NCBI RefSeq assembly: GCF_003704095.1
Contig: NW_020845266.1
Coordinates: 1-64,000, forward strand
Direction: 5' to 3'
From: Pocillopora damicornis
Lineage: Eukaryota
Length of the DNA stretch: 64,000 nucleotides
This document shows positions 1 through 13,400 of this stretch, piece by piece. The notes beneath the pieces were generated by a model. That model ran no database searches. It saw only the letters and a list, made by a program, of their open reading frames with translations, and was not told where the DNA came from. The position numbers and the translations under genes are program-made. Positions within the stretch are counted from its first letter, which is position 1, and each line of letters begins with the position of its first letter.

Positions 1-325
1 AGATCCGAACTTATATCCAAATGCCGTCACGAAAACAAGTTTTATCTAAAGAACATCTGACGCTTCCCCGCTACAATAGACTTTTGTCAATATATTCACA
101 CCTACTGCCTCACTGTCCTTCACTAATACATCCACATGCATTGTAATTTTCGCTTTTTCTCACCTATTATATGATAACAACCCATTGTAATCAGCAGCTA
201 TCTTTTTATATACATAAATTAGCCTACAAGAATGTTTTTCATTAAATCTGTCTGACGAGTGCGGTAAGCACGAAACTCAGAGTTACAGGGAATCATGCGT
301 GTTTCATTTTAGTCATTTTAAACTG
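1..325 (+). mobile_element. 3' end of a Penelope-like retroelement (ORF C-terminus plus terminal region with hammerhead)
   Basis: 1-60 translates RSELISKCRHENKFYLKNI*, resembling the C-terminus of Penelope-like RT/GIY-YIG ORFs. A hammerhead motif follows at 247-289. The right boundary is approximate, set where homology to the ACE 3' flank begins. Confidence 0.7.
247..289 (+). ncRNA. Minimal type I hammerhead ribozyme
   Basis: TCTGT-CTGACGA-GTGC(GGTAA)GCAC-GAAA-CTCAGAG-TT-ACAGG. It has the complete CUGANGA/GAAA core, stem I TCTGT/ACAGG, stem II GTGC/GCAC, a very short palindromic stem III and a GUU cleavage triplet. Confidence 0.8.
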
Positions 326-840
326 TATATTTATATTCAAAATCTTTTAACTTCTGAAGGACGAATACCCGTAAGGAAATAAAGTTGACTTGTTTTCTCG
401 GTCCGTATCGTAAGTTATGGAGCCTCGTTTCTTCCTCTCGGATTTATGGCCTGCGCACTTGATCCAGGAATCCTAGCGGAAAGAAACTCGATTTTTGACT
501 TACATTACGGAGGTATGTTGTGGCTGATTCATGGAAGTTAACTTCTTCACTCTTACAAACTTTGCATTATTCAAGCCGCCGTGTGTATTTTGAGAAGCAT
601 CGGCCGACACATTCGAGTCGTGCTGCCGGGACACTGGCCGCCTTTCCGTTATTCCCTCAACTAGCACCTGAGTTTAAATTAGAGATTTATGACAATTTCT
701 TGACACTCGAGGTCAAGTTTGTCAAAAATTACAACACACTGATCTTGCGATTTTACTCGGAGATTATTAGCTTTGAAATTCAAACAACAAAAATTCATAA
801 CGTTAATTAGCCGTAACGTAAAGAGTTTAGCTTTGAAACT
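325..840 (-). pseudogene. Remnant duplicate of the ACE-like terminal exon tail and 3' flank
   Basis: Collinear and similar to about 2105-2670. Retains a degraded ASVPAARLECVGRCFS tail near 590-640. Confidence 0.6.
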
Positions 841-906
841 CTATACAGTGGTCAGTTTACGTTGTCAACTTAGTTTATAACACTTCATTATCCTGTTATA
901 TTCTCT

Positions 907-939
<33 letters not shown>

Positions 940-2367
940 GACCCCCTTTATCAGATAACGAAATAGAATGAACCGGTTTTTTTGTGTTGTTGTTGTTTTT
1001 TTAGCAGAGACCCACGCCTGTACTTCTTTGATTTACTTTGTGAAATATGGCTTTAGGCAAGTTTAGTTGAATAAAAAGAAATTTATATACATATGTAAAG
1101 ATAAACAAGTCACATAATAGAAAACGTACATCTTTATTTTGCACTGTCAAAGAAACGTGAGACGATAATCGATAACCTAAAAAGAAAAACAATTAATCAC
1201 AATTTCAATTGCTGATTTANNNNNNNNNNNNNNNNNNNNNNNNNNNNNNNNNNNNNNNNNNNNNNNNNNNNNNNNNNNNNNNNNNNNNNNNNNNNNNNNN
1301 NNNNNNNNNNNNNNNNNNNGACTCGCGCGACGGACTTCGTCGAAATGGAGGGTCTGCTCGTAGTTTAGGTTCAGAAAGCTAACTTCGATTTTTACTCCTT
1401 TATTTTTGAGGGTTTTGGAGTTGCCATTAGTCGGTTTTTAACAAATTGGTGTATTTCCTTAGACGTATTAAATATCTTGCTAACCTCTTCTCATATCTCA
1501 TATCTGTAATAACTAGAATTTGCATTTTCATTTATTGTCAAGTAACTGCGAAATGATTTTCTAGTTTTTATTTCAATTGAACCACTATTATGTTGTTTCT
1601 ATTTAAATAAGTTCGCGTTTTTGCGCGAGATTGTGTCAGAAATACGTAACGCCGGTAGCGATTTATTTCTCGTCAGTACAAGTGTTGTTTTCGTGAGATA
1701 ATTCTCATTACTAATTGATTTCTATTGTCAGTCGCTTCGTCAGTTTTTGTTAGCGCCGTGTTACTTTTGTTCAAGAGTCTTAACTACCGGACCTGGTTAC
1801 GCCACAAATTGTAAGTTCGTTTCTATCTTATGTAGCTCTGTCGTTATTCTTGTTGTTGTTATATTTGTACACAGATATTTGTATTATTTATTTATTTCAG
1901 TCGAACCACATTTACACATCCTTGCATCAAAATATTCGTCTATCTGGAAAACAGATTAAAGGTGCATTCATGTTGTGGCGTTACACGTGTCGTATTTATC
2001 TACATCATCTGTAGCACGGCATTCTTGTAAATCAGGTTATTTATTCATTTAATTCTTTTAGTGTAGGTGGAAGAAAAACGTTACATAAGGTAACCTTGTG
2101 TTAGTTTGTATATTTATATTCATAATCTTGTAGTTCCTGAAGGATTGACGGTGGATAAATAAAGTTGGCTTGTTTTCTCGGTCCTTATTGTACGTTACGG
2201 AACTTGTTTTTTTTCTCTCAGATATATGGCCTGCGCACTTGATCCAGGAATTCGAGCGGAAAGAAACTCGATTTTTAACTTACAGCACGGAGGTAAGTAA
2301 TGGCTGATTAACGTAAGTTAACTTCTTCACTTTTATAAGCTTTGCATTATTCAAGCGACTGTGTGTA

Positions 2368-5341
2368 TTATGAGAAGTATCGGCCGACACATTCGAGTCG
2401 TACTCCTAGGACACTGGCCATCAACAGAGACAGGGCGCCCAGGGTCAAAACAGGCCAGCAACCAGGAAGCAAAAGGGCCAGGTGGCTCAGCACACAATTA
2501 ATGGATTAATGACAGTTTCCCTACACTCGAGGTCACGTTTAAAAAATTACGACACATTTTTTAAGCTTATAAATTCAAACAACAAAGCTATCAGATGACG
2601 AAGCAATTTAGGATTATCAACTGAGTTGATAACGTAAATTTGCCGACGTAAAGAGTTTAGCTTTGAAACTCTTTTTGAGGGCATCCGGTTAAGGCTTGCT
2701 TTTTCCCATCTTCAGCATATCCCTGTAGATTGAAGGAGATAATACGAAACGTTAATTGCTTTCTTCACGCGCGAGCTCTGAAATTCAGATTTAAAGTTAT
2801 TAATTAAATAATAGTAACAACAACAACGATGACGCATCAGAGCAATAATTTTTGGGGGACAAATAACATAGCAAGGCGGTTAATTTCCTTTTACTGATTC
2901 TTAAGACACTTTTGAACAAAATGAGATATAATTCATTAGAGTTTCCCGATATCCAATCATTGTCTAGTTTTAAACTCCCCAATCATTACTATGGCGATTC
3001 ATTTGTTACCAAGGAACGGTGTTTTTACCACTTCTCAAAAAAGGATTCGTGACGCGTGATTAAGCGCACGTGGCACGTGGCACGTGGCACGTGGCACGTG
3101 GCACGTGGCACGTGGCACGTGGACCATGATGACGTGACACGCTGTGGGATTCACCTTCTCCCTTCATCTTTTTTTGTGTTACCCCTCCCCCCTTAGATCT
3201 TATTACTAATTCTCCTTAATGTCTGCCATACAATTCGCATGATTTTAGGTTGAAGAATTTTTAATGAGATCACCTAATAATCCCCTAACTGAAACTTTTC
3301 TTTATCCTTATGACTTGTCTACTCGTTATTGGAAAGAGAAATTTTGTTTTGACACTCATGAGAATTCAATGGTTAATGACATCACGCGCGCGCGCACGTT
3401 TCATCAACAGCTTCAAAAATTTTTTTTCAGTTTTTGGTTCCATGTTATTCTCGGCAGTTCACTTTTGCCGGATCTCTGACTGTAAGACAGTTAGATAAAA
3501 GAAAATTAATGAAAAAGAATTATATTATGCATACTGTACGTTTTCTAAAATCGCGCGCCGACCACAAAATTTATATTTGATTCGGATTCAGTCCCCTTCT
3601 ATTGCTCTCGCACATCCAGGAGAAAACTAGAGACATAAGTATCGCAATCACAAGAAATTAAAATACTTCATACTTTATCAGTACAACAGTGGTTCAGCAA
3701 AAGCTGAAGGAACAAGCATATCAGCAAAAAGTACCACATCTTTGTCAATATTTACCCGATCTTCTTTCCCGCTTCTTTAGACTCGTAGATGGAGCAGGTA
3801 TGCAAAGGTCCCGTATGTCCGGCTGCCTCACAGGCGGCCTTGTGGAACTGGAATTGTAGCACGTAGCTCATAAAGTACCTGAGCAATAAAAATAAAAATA
3901 ATTAAATTTGGTTGGTGTCAAATCCATTGGAAAAACACCCTACCCAACACAGTTTCTTGGGCTAAAGCCTCTCTTCAGAAAAACGAGGTGCAATAATTTA
4001 ATGAAGGAGATTGGTGTAACACCAGACCCATACCTCTCTCCTTTTCTCAGTCTGCTGCTTCTTCTGCGCCGTTTACTATCAGGCAACGTTTCACTAATTG
4101 AACACTGGAAAAGGGAAACAATTTATTCTCAGTCACCCTTGTTTCCCTTTTAGTTCATTCTTTCCTCGTTGTTGTTTATCAATTCCCTCCAACTGTCTAA
4201 TTAAATAATTAGAAATTAAATAATTGTCTAATAAAAAACCATGCAGTTTATGAGCTCAAAATTTCCATCGCGCAACAAACAAGGCTCCGGTGATGACATG
4301 GTTCGAGCTATGAAGAGCAACTCTTTTTAAAAACTTACCAACCTGAGGGGAAACGAGAATTCCTTCGAATTAGGGGGAGTTCGAGTTATTAAAGGTTTGA
4401 GTTCCGCGGTTAACATTACAATAAATGAATGACGCCAGTCTGAGGGAAATCGATTTTGATTAGAGTTAGCGAAGGTTCAAGTAACAAAGGCGACACAGAA
4501 GAGAGGCTTAAGCCCTTCTCTCCTCCCCTCACGTTTTGGTACGGAAAATATAATCAGTTAAACTAAAATATATGGTCTCGAAATCATTTCATAAATCATT
4601 TCATCAGGATCGCGCATAGCGAAATTGTTAACACTTATTCGCCGAAGTGGAGGTGAATAGTGGTGGATATTTACCGAGCCGCGAAGCAGCGAGAAAAATA
4701 TATATCCTTTTCAACGACACTTGGATGAATATTTGTATTAGCATATATCACACAGATACAAGAAAATTAGTTTACTTCTTTCAATATACCGGAAAATGCT
4801 CAGAAATTTACTCTTGACGCGAAATTTTGTCTCAGCAGCTCGGAGGTGAATAGTAATTACTATTCACTTCCAAACATGCCAATAAGCGCGCGTGAAAAGC
4901 ACAATTCACCGGTGTGGTTTATACTAATATGTTATTTGACGTTTTCCAAACAACTGCATGCAAATATGCATGCAAAGATGTTTGGTGGAGATTGGCTTCC
5001 TGACCCCAACCCCCTTCTGTCCTTCCCTCCCTTCTCCCGGCAGTCGACTGTGAAGGGGATCAGAATCAACTCCTTTCTCACTGGGTACATTACCCACCTG
5101 ATGTATGGTGTATTCGCTGGAATGTGATATTTGCATCCGGGATCAAAGTAATTTTTTGTCCTTTCCACAGCAGGTTCTATTCTCTGGTGCTTAGTCCTCA
5201 GTTGTCACCACGCGGTATTGCAACTCTCCTCAGTGATCTTACCGCTAAAAACTTTCCATCTCCATTGGTTGATTAAGAATCTGAAAGGAAGGAAAGCCAT
5301 CTTGCGCAGAGCCATCTTCATCAAGGCGTTTATGTCGGATT
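2368..5341 (-). pseudogene. Partial ACE-like pseudogene (copy of exons 3-5)
   Basis: Exon 3 copy 5341-5098 (244 bp) has TGG>TGA at 5207-5205 and many missense changes. Exon 4 3878-3756 is open ([33 protein letters not shown]). Exon 5 starts at 2722 (DMLKMGKSKP*PDALKK, TAA at 2691-2689), is broken by a repeat, and leaves a hydrophobic tail (ALLLPGCWPVLTLGALSLLMASVLGV...) ending at TAA 2370-2368. Confidence 0.8.
3066..3121. repeat. (GCACGTG)x8 perfect tandem repeat
   Basis: Eight exact 7-bp units, each containing the palindrome CACGTG. Confidence 0.95.
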
Positions 5342-5553
5342 CTACAAAACGAAGTTCAAAGAAATAAAGCTTGTGCTTAAATTAATTCTGTTCACAGCTG
5401 TTTATCCAGCCGGTAAGCTAGTAAGCGTAAGTTTCGAAAGAAACTGTGGTGTTGCGTCGGTGGGAGAGTATAACAAGGTAATTCTGTAATATCAACTGTT
5501 GATAATGGTTGATATCGCGAATTGGCCACCGTCAAGAGTTTAAAACTGACAAA

Positions 5554-5700
5554 AGTTGATAACGTAAAATTGGCCACCGGTAAGAGTTTCAAAGTTGACG
5601 TTTCGAGCGTTAACCCCTCGTCATTCGCTCAGACGAAGGACTAACGCCCGAAACGTCAGCTTTGAAACTATTAACGGCGGCCAATTTTACGTTATCAACT
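5554..5700. mobile_element. Palindromic short interspersed element with two degenerate hammerhead-like cores
   Basis: Inverted arms of about 70 bp (5554-5623 and 5631-5700), each carrying a variant of CTGACGA..GGCTAACGCTCGAAACGTCAGC. Related fragments at about 800-950, 2615-2670 and 31715-31930. Confidence 0.7.
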
Positions 5701-7008
5701 CAGTTGATAATAAGAAATGGTCTTGTTAGAATCAACAGTATTTGGGTTATGTGATAAAAAAGCAAAATGNNNNNNNNNNNNNNNNNNNNNNNNNNNNNNN
5801 NNNNNNNNNNNNNNNNNNNNNNNNNNNNNNNNNNNNNNNNNNNNNNNNNNNNNNNNNNNNNNNNNNNNNACACATTCATCGGAGAAATATTCTACCCAAC
5901 ACAAGGTTTCTTGGACAAGCCGTCTTCCCGACATTTAGCTTGAAAAACGAAGCGCGATAACTTAACGCGGGAGATCAATATGAGACCCGACCCATGCCTC
6001 TCTCCTTTTCACAGTCCGCTGCTTCTTCAGCACCATTTACTATCACGCTACATTTCACCAATTGAACGCCTGGAAAAGGAAACAATTTATTCTCAGTCAT
6101 CCCTGTTTCCCTTTAGTTCATCCATTCCTCGTTGTCGTTTTTCTATTCTCACAAACTGTTATTTGTCCAATGAAAAACCATGCAGATTATGAATTCAAAA
6201 TTTCCATCGGGCAACAAACAATGTACGACAAACAAGTCACCGCTGATGACATGTTTCGAGCTATGGAGAGCAACCCTTTTGAAAAACTTATCAACCTGAG
6301 GGGAAACGAGAATTCCTTCGGATTATCGAGAGTTCGAGTTATTAAAGGTTTGAGTTCCGCGGTGAAAATTACAACAAATAAATGACGCCAGGGGGTTCGA
6401 ATAACAAAAGCCGCCCTGAGAAGAGAGGCTTTAGCCCTTCGTTCCTCCCCTCACGTTTCGATGGGGCAATTTAAGGCAAAGGATCGTGCATGGCGAAATA
6501 ATCAACTATTATTCACTATTATTATTCACTATTATTATTAAGTGAAGGTGAAAAGTGGTGGATATTTACGGCGCCGCCGTATTCACCTTCCAACGACAAT
6601 CAGGTGAATAATTGTTTTAGCATACACCACACATATACAAAAAAATTAGTTTATTTTTTTCAATATATCGAAAAATGCTCAGAAATTTAACTCTTGAAGC
6701 GCGGTTTTTTTTTCTCAGCAACTCGCTGGTGAATAGTAATTATTATTCACTTCCAAACTAACCAATAAGCGCGCGCGCAAAAAGCACAATTTACAGGTGT
6801 GGTTTATACTTAGATTTTATTTAACGTTTTTCAAACAACTGGCTTCGGAAAATATGCATGCAAAGATGTTTGCATTTGTTATTACAACTTGTCTGGTGGA
6901 GATTGGCTTCCTAACCCCAACCCCCTTCCGGTCTCCCCTCCCTTCCCCCGCCAGTCGACTGTGAAAGGGATCAGAATAAACTTCTCTCCCACTGGCTACA
7001 ATACCCAC

Positions 7009-10000
7009 CTGATGTATGGTGTATTAGCTGGAATGTGATATTTGCATCCAGGATCAAAGTCATTTTCTGTCCTTTCCACAGCAGGTTCTATTCCCTGGTA
7101 CTTAGTCCTCAGTTCCCACCACGCGGTATTGTAATTCTCCTCAGTGATCTTACCGCTGAAAACTTTCCATCTCCATTGGTCGATCAAGAATCCGAAAGGA
7201 AGGAAAGCCACCTTACGCAGGGCCATCTTCATCAAGGCGTTTATGTCGGATTCTGCAAAATGAGGTTAAAAGAAATAAAGCTTGTGCTTGAATTAATTTT
7301 TGTTCACAACTGTATATTTAGCCGGCAAGCTATATAGACAGCGTTCTTTCACCCGCAGGTAAGTATGAGGCCTAGAGCACTGCAAGTGGGCGTGGCCAAT
7401 TGCGTGACACGTTGACGCAAGCAGCATTGTTTGTACACTTATTGACATCGGCAAATTGGCCAATCAGATTGCGACATCACTGCCAATTGTGATAAAATTC
7501 TTACTTATCACGTACTAGTGAGGAAGGCTCGAGTTATCAAAGGTAAAATTTGCATAAGTAGTGACCTGGCGGAAACAGAAATACTTGAAGCTAATAGAAC
7601 TCGAAGTTATAGTTATCGAAGGTTCCAGTAACCGAAGTTTAAATTACAGTAATAGTATGAAAGACTCGAATTGAAATCGATTTCACGTGATGTTCTAGTA
7701 ACCGAGGTTAAAATAACTGACATTTTCGGGAGAAAATGCTGAGTAAAACGATTTCGATTCGAGCTGGTGCTAAGATCGTAAAAGTACCTGCTTGAACTAC
7801 AGATGCTAAAACTGCTGTAATTGTATCACGAAAATTCATGATGAGTCGATTTTTATTCATGCGTGGTTCGTTAACGGCGAGAAATTGGAGTCGACTGTTT
7901 CTTTCAAACAAGGATTACCATCTTACCAGTATCATTGCTGACCTCCTTCAGCAAACCAATTTTCTGCAAGTGCTGTGGCGTATCAACCGACAAGGACATG
8001 GTGTCTCCAACTGCCTCATGGAAACCAGGGTTGGCTCCAGTGCGATAGACGTTAGGTTGGTCCTTGTACTGCAAGTAATACTGGATGTGCCCTAGCTCGT
8101 GGTGCGTGGTTACCAAGTAATTGTGTGTAACAGTAGTGCATTGCTTGACTCTATGAATGAAAGAAAACACAACACATGTTGTGTTCACGACGCTTAAAGT
8201 CTTAGTGTTCGGGTCTAATTTAGTAATTTCGCGAAATCCACGAAATTAAGTTTTGGAAAAATTCTATCGGAAGGTAGTCCGTATAAGTTGTGACAGCCCC
8301 CACTTTCCTGAATTCCTACCGACTATACATGTTTTCAGGCGAAAAAAAGTTTATTTTAAGACTGAAAAGATGTCTTTAATGAGATGTCACGTTAATTTTT
8401 AGTAGCGCCCCGTTGCGTGACATTCAAAAGAAGTCTACTAAGGATGCAAAGGAGATCTCTCGGGCATTAGACTTCATTAAACTTCACGGATTGTATTCTA
8501 TTCGTAAAAGATACGTTCTCCAAGTATTAATTCTTGCGGATGTGGTTTTCCTCTTATTGCATGACGAGCGTCAACACAAACATGTTACGTAACATCGGTG
8601 AAGGCCTTCCTTAAAAGATTCGCATTTTGAAAAAAGGTGACAAATTCAAACCCCTCTAGCAGTCTGCCTGGGGTAGCTGTGACGAACTGAATTGTCAAGC
8701 GAAAGAATACAGTCGAAATTTTAAACACTTAGTAGTCATATGATAAAATGCTGCGCTCTGTCCGCACACCTTGAGCTTGAGCCAAATATTTCCCGTCCGG
8801 CCCTACCACTCAGTAATTAAGCAAAAAAAGCAGTTTACTTACGACTGGAAATATCAGTTAAGTTAATTGACAAGAGATCAAAGGTTGTATAAATATGAGG
8901 TAGCACTAATGTAATTGTCGGACGAGTAGAATTAAACCAATATCACAATTGTCTATTACAAGACATGGTGTTTATCTTTTGGCAAGTTGAAAAAAAAAGT
9001 TTCCTAATTGCATTTCATAATCGAAAAGAGTCCTGTGTCGCAGTTTTGCCTGTCGATCGTGACTAAAAATTTAGAAGAGAGGGCCTTCTTTTTAGGAAAT
9101 TTTGTTCCACATTTTTTATTCCTCTGCCTCAAGAAGGCATTCACAGTTTGATGTTGCCACGAAAATTTTAAAATCAAATACATCCTTCAAACTGCAGTCA
9201 GACTAAATGAACCAAAACAGTTCACTTCCCAGCGGCGTCGTCCGGAGATAGTAAATTATGTAAACAGAATAAATACCGGCCTAAATAAACCGTTTCTTTT
9301 TTTTCGTTTTTATAAGGCTTCGAGGTGAGATCATGCTGTCTAAGATGAGTACTTTTTCACCACGTTTAAAAATAATGTCTCACCTGACATCTTTATTGAT
9401 GCCGAAATCCCACGCTGACGCGTGACAGATAACTTCACGGCCTTCGGGTTTGGTTATCATGGAGTTGTTGTAGAAAGAGCTGGGGAGCGGTTCAAGTCCA
9501 ATCGACGTGAAGAAGGACTCCGCCAGTCTGAACATCTTATCAGCATTATAATTTTGCTTCTTCATATTTGCTGTCACATCTAAACTCGGCTTTCCTTTGT
9601 AGGGTTCAACCAGATCGTAGATATTCACCCATGACTGCGCCCACATGTTGCCAAGCAGATGTGCCGGAATGGGCCCATCTGTAGACATTTGCGGATATTT
9701 TTTGCTCAACTTGTAACGCACATAGGCGTGCAATTCTTGGTAGAGGGGCCTCAGTTTGTTCCAAAATCCCTCCACCATTCCTTCCAGGTCTTCAACTTCG
9801 TACCAAGACCGCCAATATTGACCAATGTCTTTCCAACCGTTTTCTGTAGCACCTTCATTCTTCAGTCTCACAAATTCAGTGTATTTATTTCGGAGCTTCG
9901 GGCCAACTGCATCCCGCCAACCTTTCCAAGCGAACAGTAGCCGATCGTAATTACGCTCCGTAGACAAAATCTTGTAAAGGTCGGGGTTCAGAGAAAGTTT

Positions 10001-10426
10001 TTTTCCTTTGTCATCCACTTTTCCCGTGCTGTATATCTCTTCCATTTCCGACTCTAACTCTGTTAGCTTCCTCAGCGTTTCGGCATCCTTCGGAGTTGCG
10101 GTTGAAGTAATGAACTTGATCTGACGCGCGGTGTCTGCTGAGAGCTTTGAGGTATCGAAATTGGTCGCATTCTCACGCATTTGTTTGTAGAAAGCGGAGA
10201 ATACCAAACTTATGTTCGTTTTCATCGCTTTGTTGTGGTCAGTCAGGTTTGTAGCGTAGTTCCATGATGCGACAGACGTTTTGTAATCCTCTTTGGGTAC
10301 AATATCGTTGTAATTTTTGAGGAAGTCCTTCGCTGCCAGTTCCGCCGCCTGATCAACTTCACTGAAGGTTGGAAACGGCGCTAGCGCGACAAAAACAGCA
10401 AAGAAATGAAATATATGGAGTTTCAT
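7009..10426 (-). CDS. ACE: Single-domain angiotensin-converting enzyme-like peptidyl-dipeptidase (M2), copy 1; exons 1-3 visible, 3' exons probably in gap 5770-5869
   Basis: Exons 10426-9384, 8150-7927 and 7252-7009 splice in frame at GT-AG. Signal peptide [22 protein letters not shown]; [11 protein letters not shown]; CHASAWDF; zinc motif HELGH; GFHEAVGD; [11 protein letters not shown]. Confidence 0.93.
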
Positions 10427-13400
10427 TGTGAGGACGGAATGCAAGCTTCGCCGCAAGCTTCGGTTCCAATAAAGAAGTGGGCGTTTTTCCGTTGTGTACT
10501 GTCCTTGGTTAGAGATGTCGCGCGCCGTACGAGCGCGTCAAATTACGTGTACCGCTGTCACTTTTGAGAAAAGAACAATGATTATATTAGTAACATACAC
10601 AAGCAAAACAAACGTCATCGGAGCCGGTAGCTTGTTTACACTCCTCAAACCCTAAAAAAAGGGGAAGGGGGGTTGTGGGTTGCGAGGAGAACGGAGGGGG
10701 GCTGGGGTATGGTCGGAGAAAGAGCTTTTATTCTTCCGCTTTGCACTTGTCCTCGCGCGTTTGCCACACGCTCTTCGTCGCTAAACTACCAAAACAAAAC
10801 AACAAAACCAAACCCTCGAAACAGTGTGTTTATATCATTTTTTTTATCGCCCAAAGCCTCTTGTGGCTTAGCCACCCGCCCTAATGAAACGGCTCTGGCG
10901 CTTGACACTTCATAGGCTCGATTTCTGCCGTGCTATCGAACCTGGTCTGCGATCCTCCCTCAAATTTCTTGGTTCAGAGGAGGAGCGCACACTCATTTCC
11001 TGAACAATGGTTGTGAATAAAAAAACTCAAGGAACATTCAAGCAAAATCTTCGCCAAAATTTGATTTCTTTCCTTTCCTAAGCTTAACCAGTATCATTTT
11101 TTTAGCAGATTCTCATATAATTCATCTAGTAAGACGATGAAACAGGGCAATAATAAGAAAAAAAAAGAAAACAAAAAAAACATGCTGTATAATGAAAGTC
11201 GCTGGTCGAAATTTCGAGGCTCCCTCTCCTCTGGAAACACGGCCTCTTATATACATGCTAATCAAGACCCCGACAATAAAATGTACTCTGTTTAGCGGTT
11301 CACGGCGGCTCGTTTAGGTGAGGTAAGCGAGTGCTATCTCAAAGCGACTGCGACTCTATAGACTGAATTATACGAATCACGGTTTCGATCTACTGAATAT
11401 AAAGGCAAACTAAAGAACTTTCAGACTTGAACGCAAGTTGACCTCAATTTCTAGTCCTCTCTCGAAATACAGAAATAATTAATTGCAATACCTTTAGAAA
11501 GAGAGTTCAGTGCTTCTGCAATAGATCTCTGAAGGGTCGTTGATCTGTCTCTCGCTTGAACCAAGATTCGAGGGAAAAATCTTTCAATATAGACCGATAC
11601 AACGCCACCTCGGACTTCTTTTCCTTATAGTAGAGAAATCGAACCGTGTACAGTTTACAAAATACTCAGCTGAAGTGAAAAAGGTACCTGCAGCAGTTAA
11701 CAAATTTGTTACAAAACAAATAAGTTAACGAATCTTGCATTGACTAAATGAAGCAGGGGATTTCAGTTTCTAAGAAATTGAAACTTACGAGTCATCCGTA
11801 ACTCGGAAAGCCGACAGACCGACCATCGAGTATTAGCCCATATTTCATTGATAAGTCCGCTCACGAAACGTTAAATTATTTTCCTTAAGTCCGATTTCGC
11901 TTCTCCCTCTGGACCAGTCCTCACTGAGACGAGACAGTTGATCACGCAAGGAGCAGAAAATGTCCTTGACATAGCGCGAAATTTCGTATAACTGTCGTTT
12001 TTAAATGGATTGAATCGAAATGATCTTCTCTTGCTATCTGGTTAGCTGGACACTCTGTTTACTTCGGGGCTGTTTGTTTACGATAAAATTTAAACATATC
12101 CTTATCTAGAAGATTTATAAGGGCTTTCTTACCTTGGCGTTGGGAATATGAATGCAAATAACATATTTGCATAAGCCATTCAGTTAAAAAATATTGTAAG
12201 CAGTTGATAATTTCCTATTTCGATGGCGGTCGTATTTTGTAATTAGAGTGATTGTTATCGTTTCTTTCTAAGAGAAAATACAGCCCATTTAACTCCACAG
12301 TAATTATGGCATATTATCCTATCGCGAGTTCCACATGAAAGCAGATGTTCAGTTTCTACGGTGATTAAAACTTGCTGCGAAGTATTTCAATTATCTTGCG
12401 GTAAGATATATTTCTATTATGATAATCTGCAAGTAATTTGATCTGGTAAAAGTTAATCTCGTAAAGGAATTCCTGGAAATTCCTTCTTCATATACTTCGG
12501 ATTCTTTCCAGGTTCGTTTTTATATCAATTTCATGTCTAGCTCACGATCAAAAAGATAAATCTTGATTTTTAGTTTGGCACGTTCAACGCCTCTTTCTGT
12601 GGGGCGTAAGCGGCTTGTACTTTTCGTCTTCCGCGCTGGGTTTGTGGTCGATTGACCTATATGAGCGGCGGGTAGTTCTTTTGGGGGCGGTGCCTTGAAT
12701 TCTGTGTTTATTCTGTTGTTATGTAGCAGACTTTGGGGGCTGTTTTCGCTTAAGTTATCTTTTTGAGTATGGTTCTGATTTACGCAACGGTTTCTTTGTA
12801 ATTTTTGTGTTGTCGGTCTTCATTTTGTTTTGGCCGATCTTGTCCGCAGGGGTGTGGAGTTTTGAGTAGAGAGTCGTTTTGGAATAAATCAACAAGCCGG
12901 GGGTACATGCTTAGTGTGCGGGAATTGTTTCGCGTAGCTCGGCATGATCCAGTGGCTAAGTGGGAGATCGTGACGTTGGTCGGGTGTTGACAGCTTGCTA
13001 ACTGTCACCTTCATGGGCTGGAAACCGACGCTTTCCGGGAGAGTTGCGTTAGACCCTTAGCTAGCATGTTGTATTAAGAACTTACGAAAGGAAATGTAGA
13101 CGGAGAGTATTAAGGGAACAAGGAGTGTTAGAAATACCTCTAACGCGTTTCCCGAAATCCTTGACAGCTAGCAACTTGAGATATTGAGAGTTTGGAAATT
13201 CAAAAAATTAAAAATATCAAGATTTGAAACCTTTTTTTTAGTCAACGCCGCACATCTACGTTGGGGATTTAGATTTAAAGTGTAGCTTCGGCTCCATAGA
13301 TTAAACGAAACTTTCCCAAAGGCGAAAAGTCTCGCGAGCGAGCTCTCGCGTACAAGCTCTCGCGTGCGAGCTGTCGCTTGTCTATTCGCTCGCTCTCCGA

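Noticed and set aside
1591-2085. Possible solo LTR (TGT...ACA)
   Set aside because: No matching target-site duplication and no second copy in the window.
5205-5207. In-frame TGA as selenocysteine or a mutually exclusive ACE exon
   Set aside because: It replaces a conserved Trp and is accompanied by many disruptive missense changes; simple decay explains it.
12570-13100. GC-richer block resembling a retroelement (DIRS-like) terminal fragment
   Set aside because: No ORF, terminal repeat or second copy visible; cannot be classified without a repeat library.
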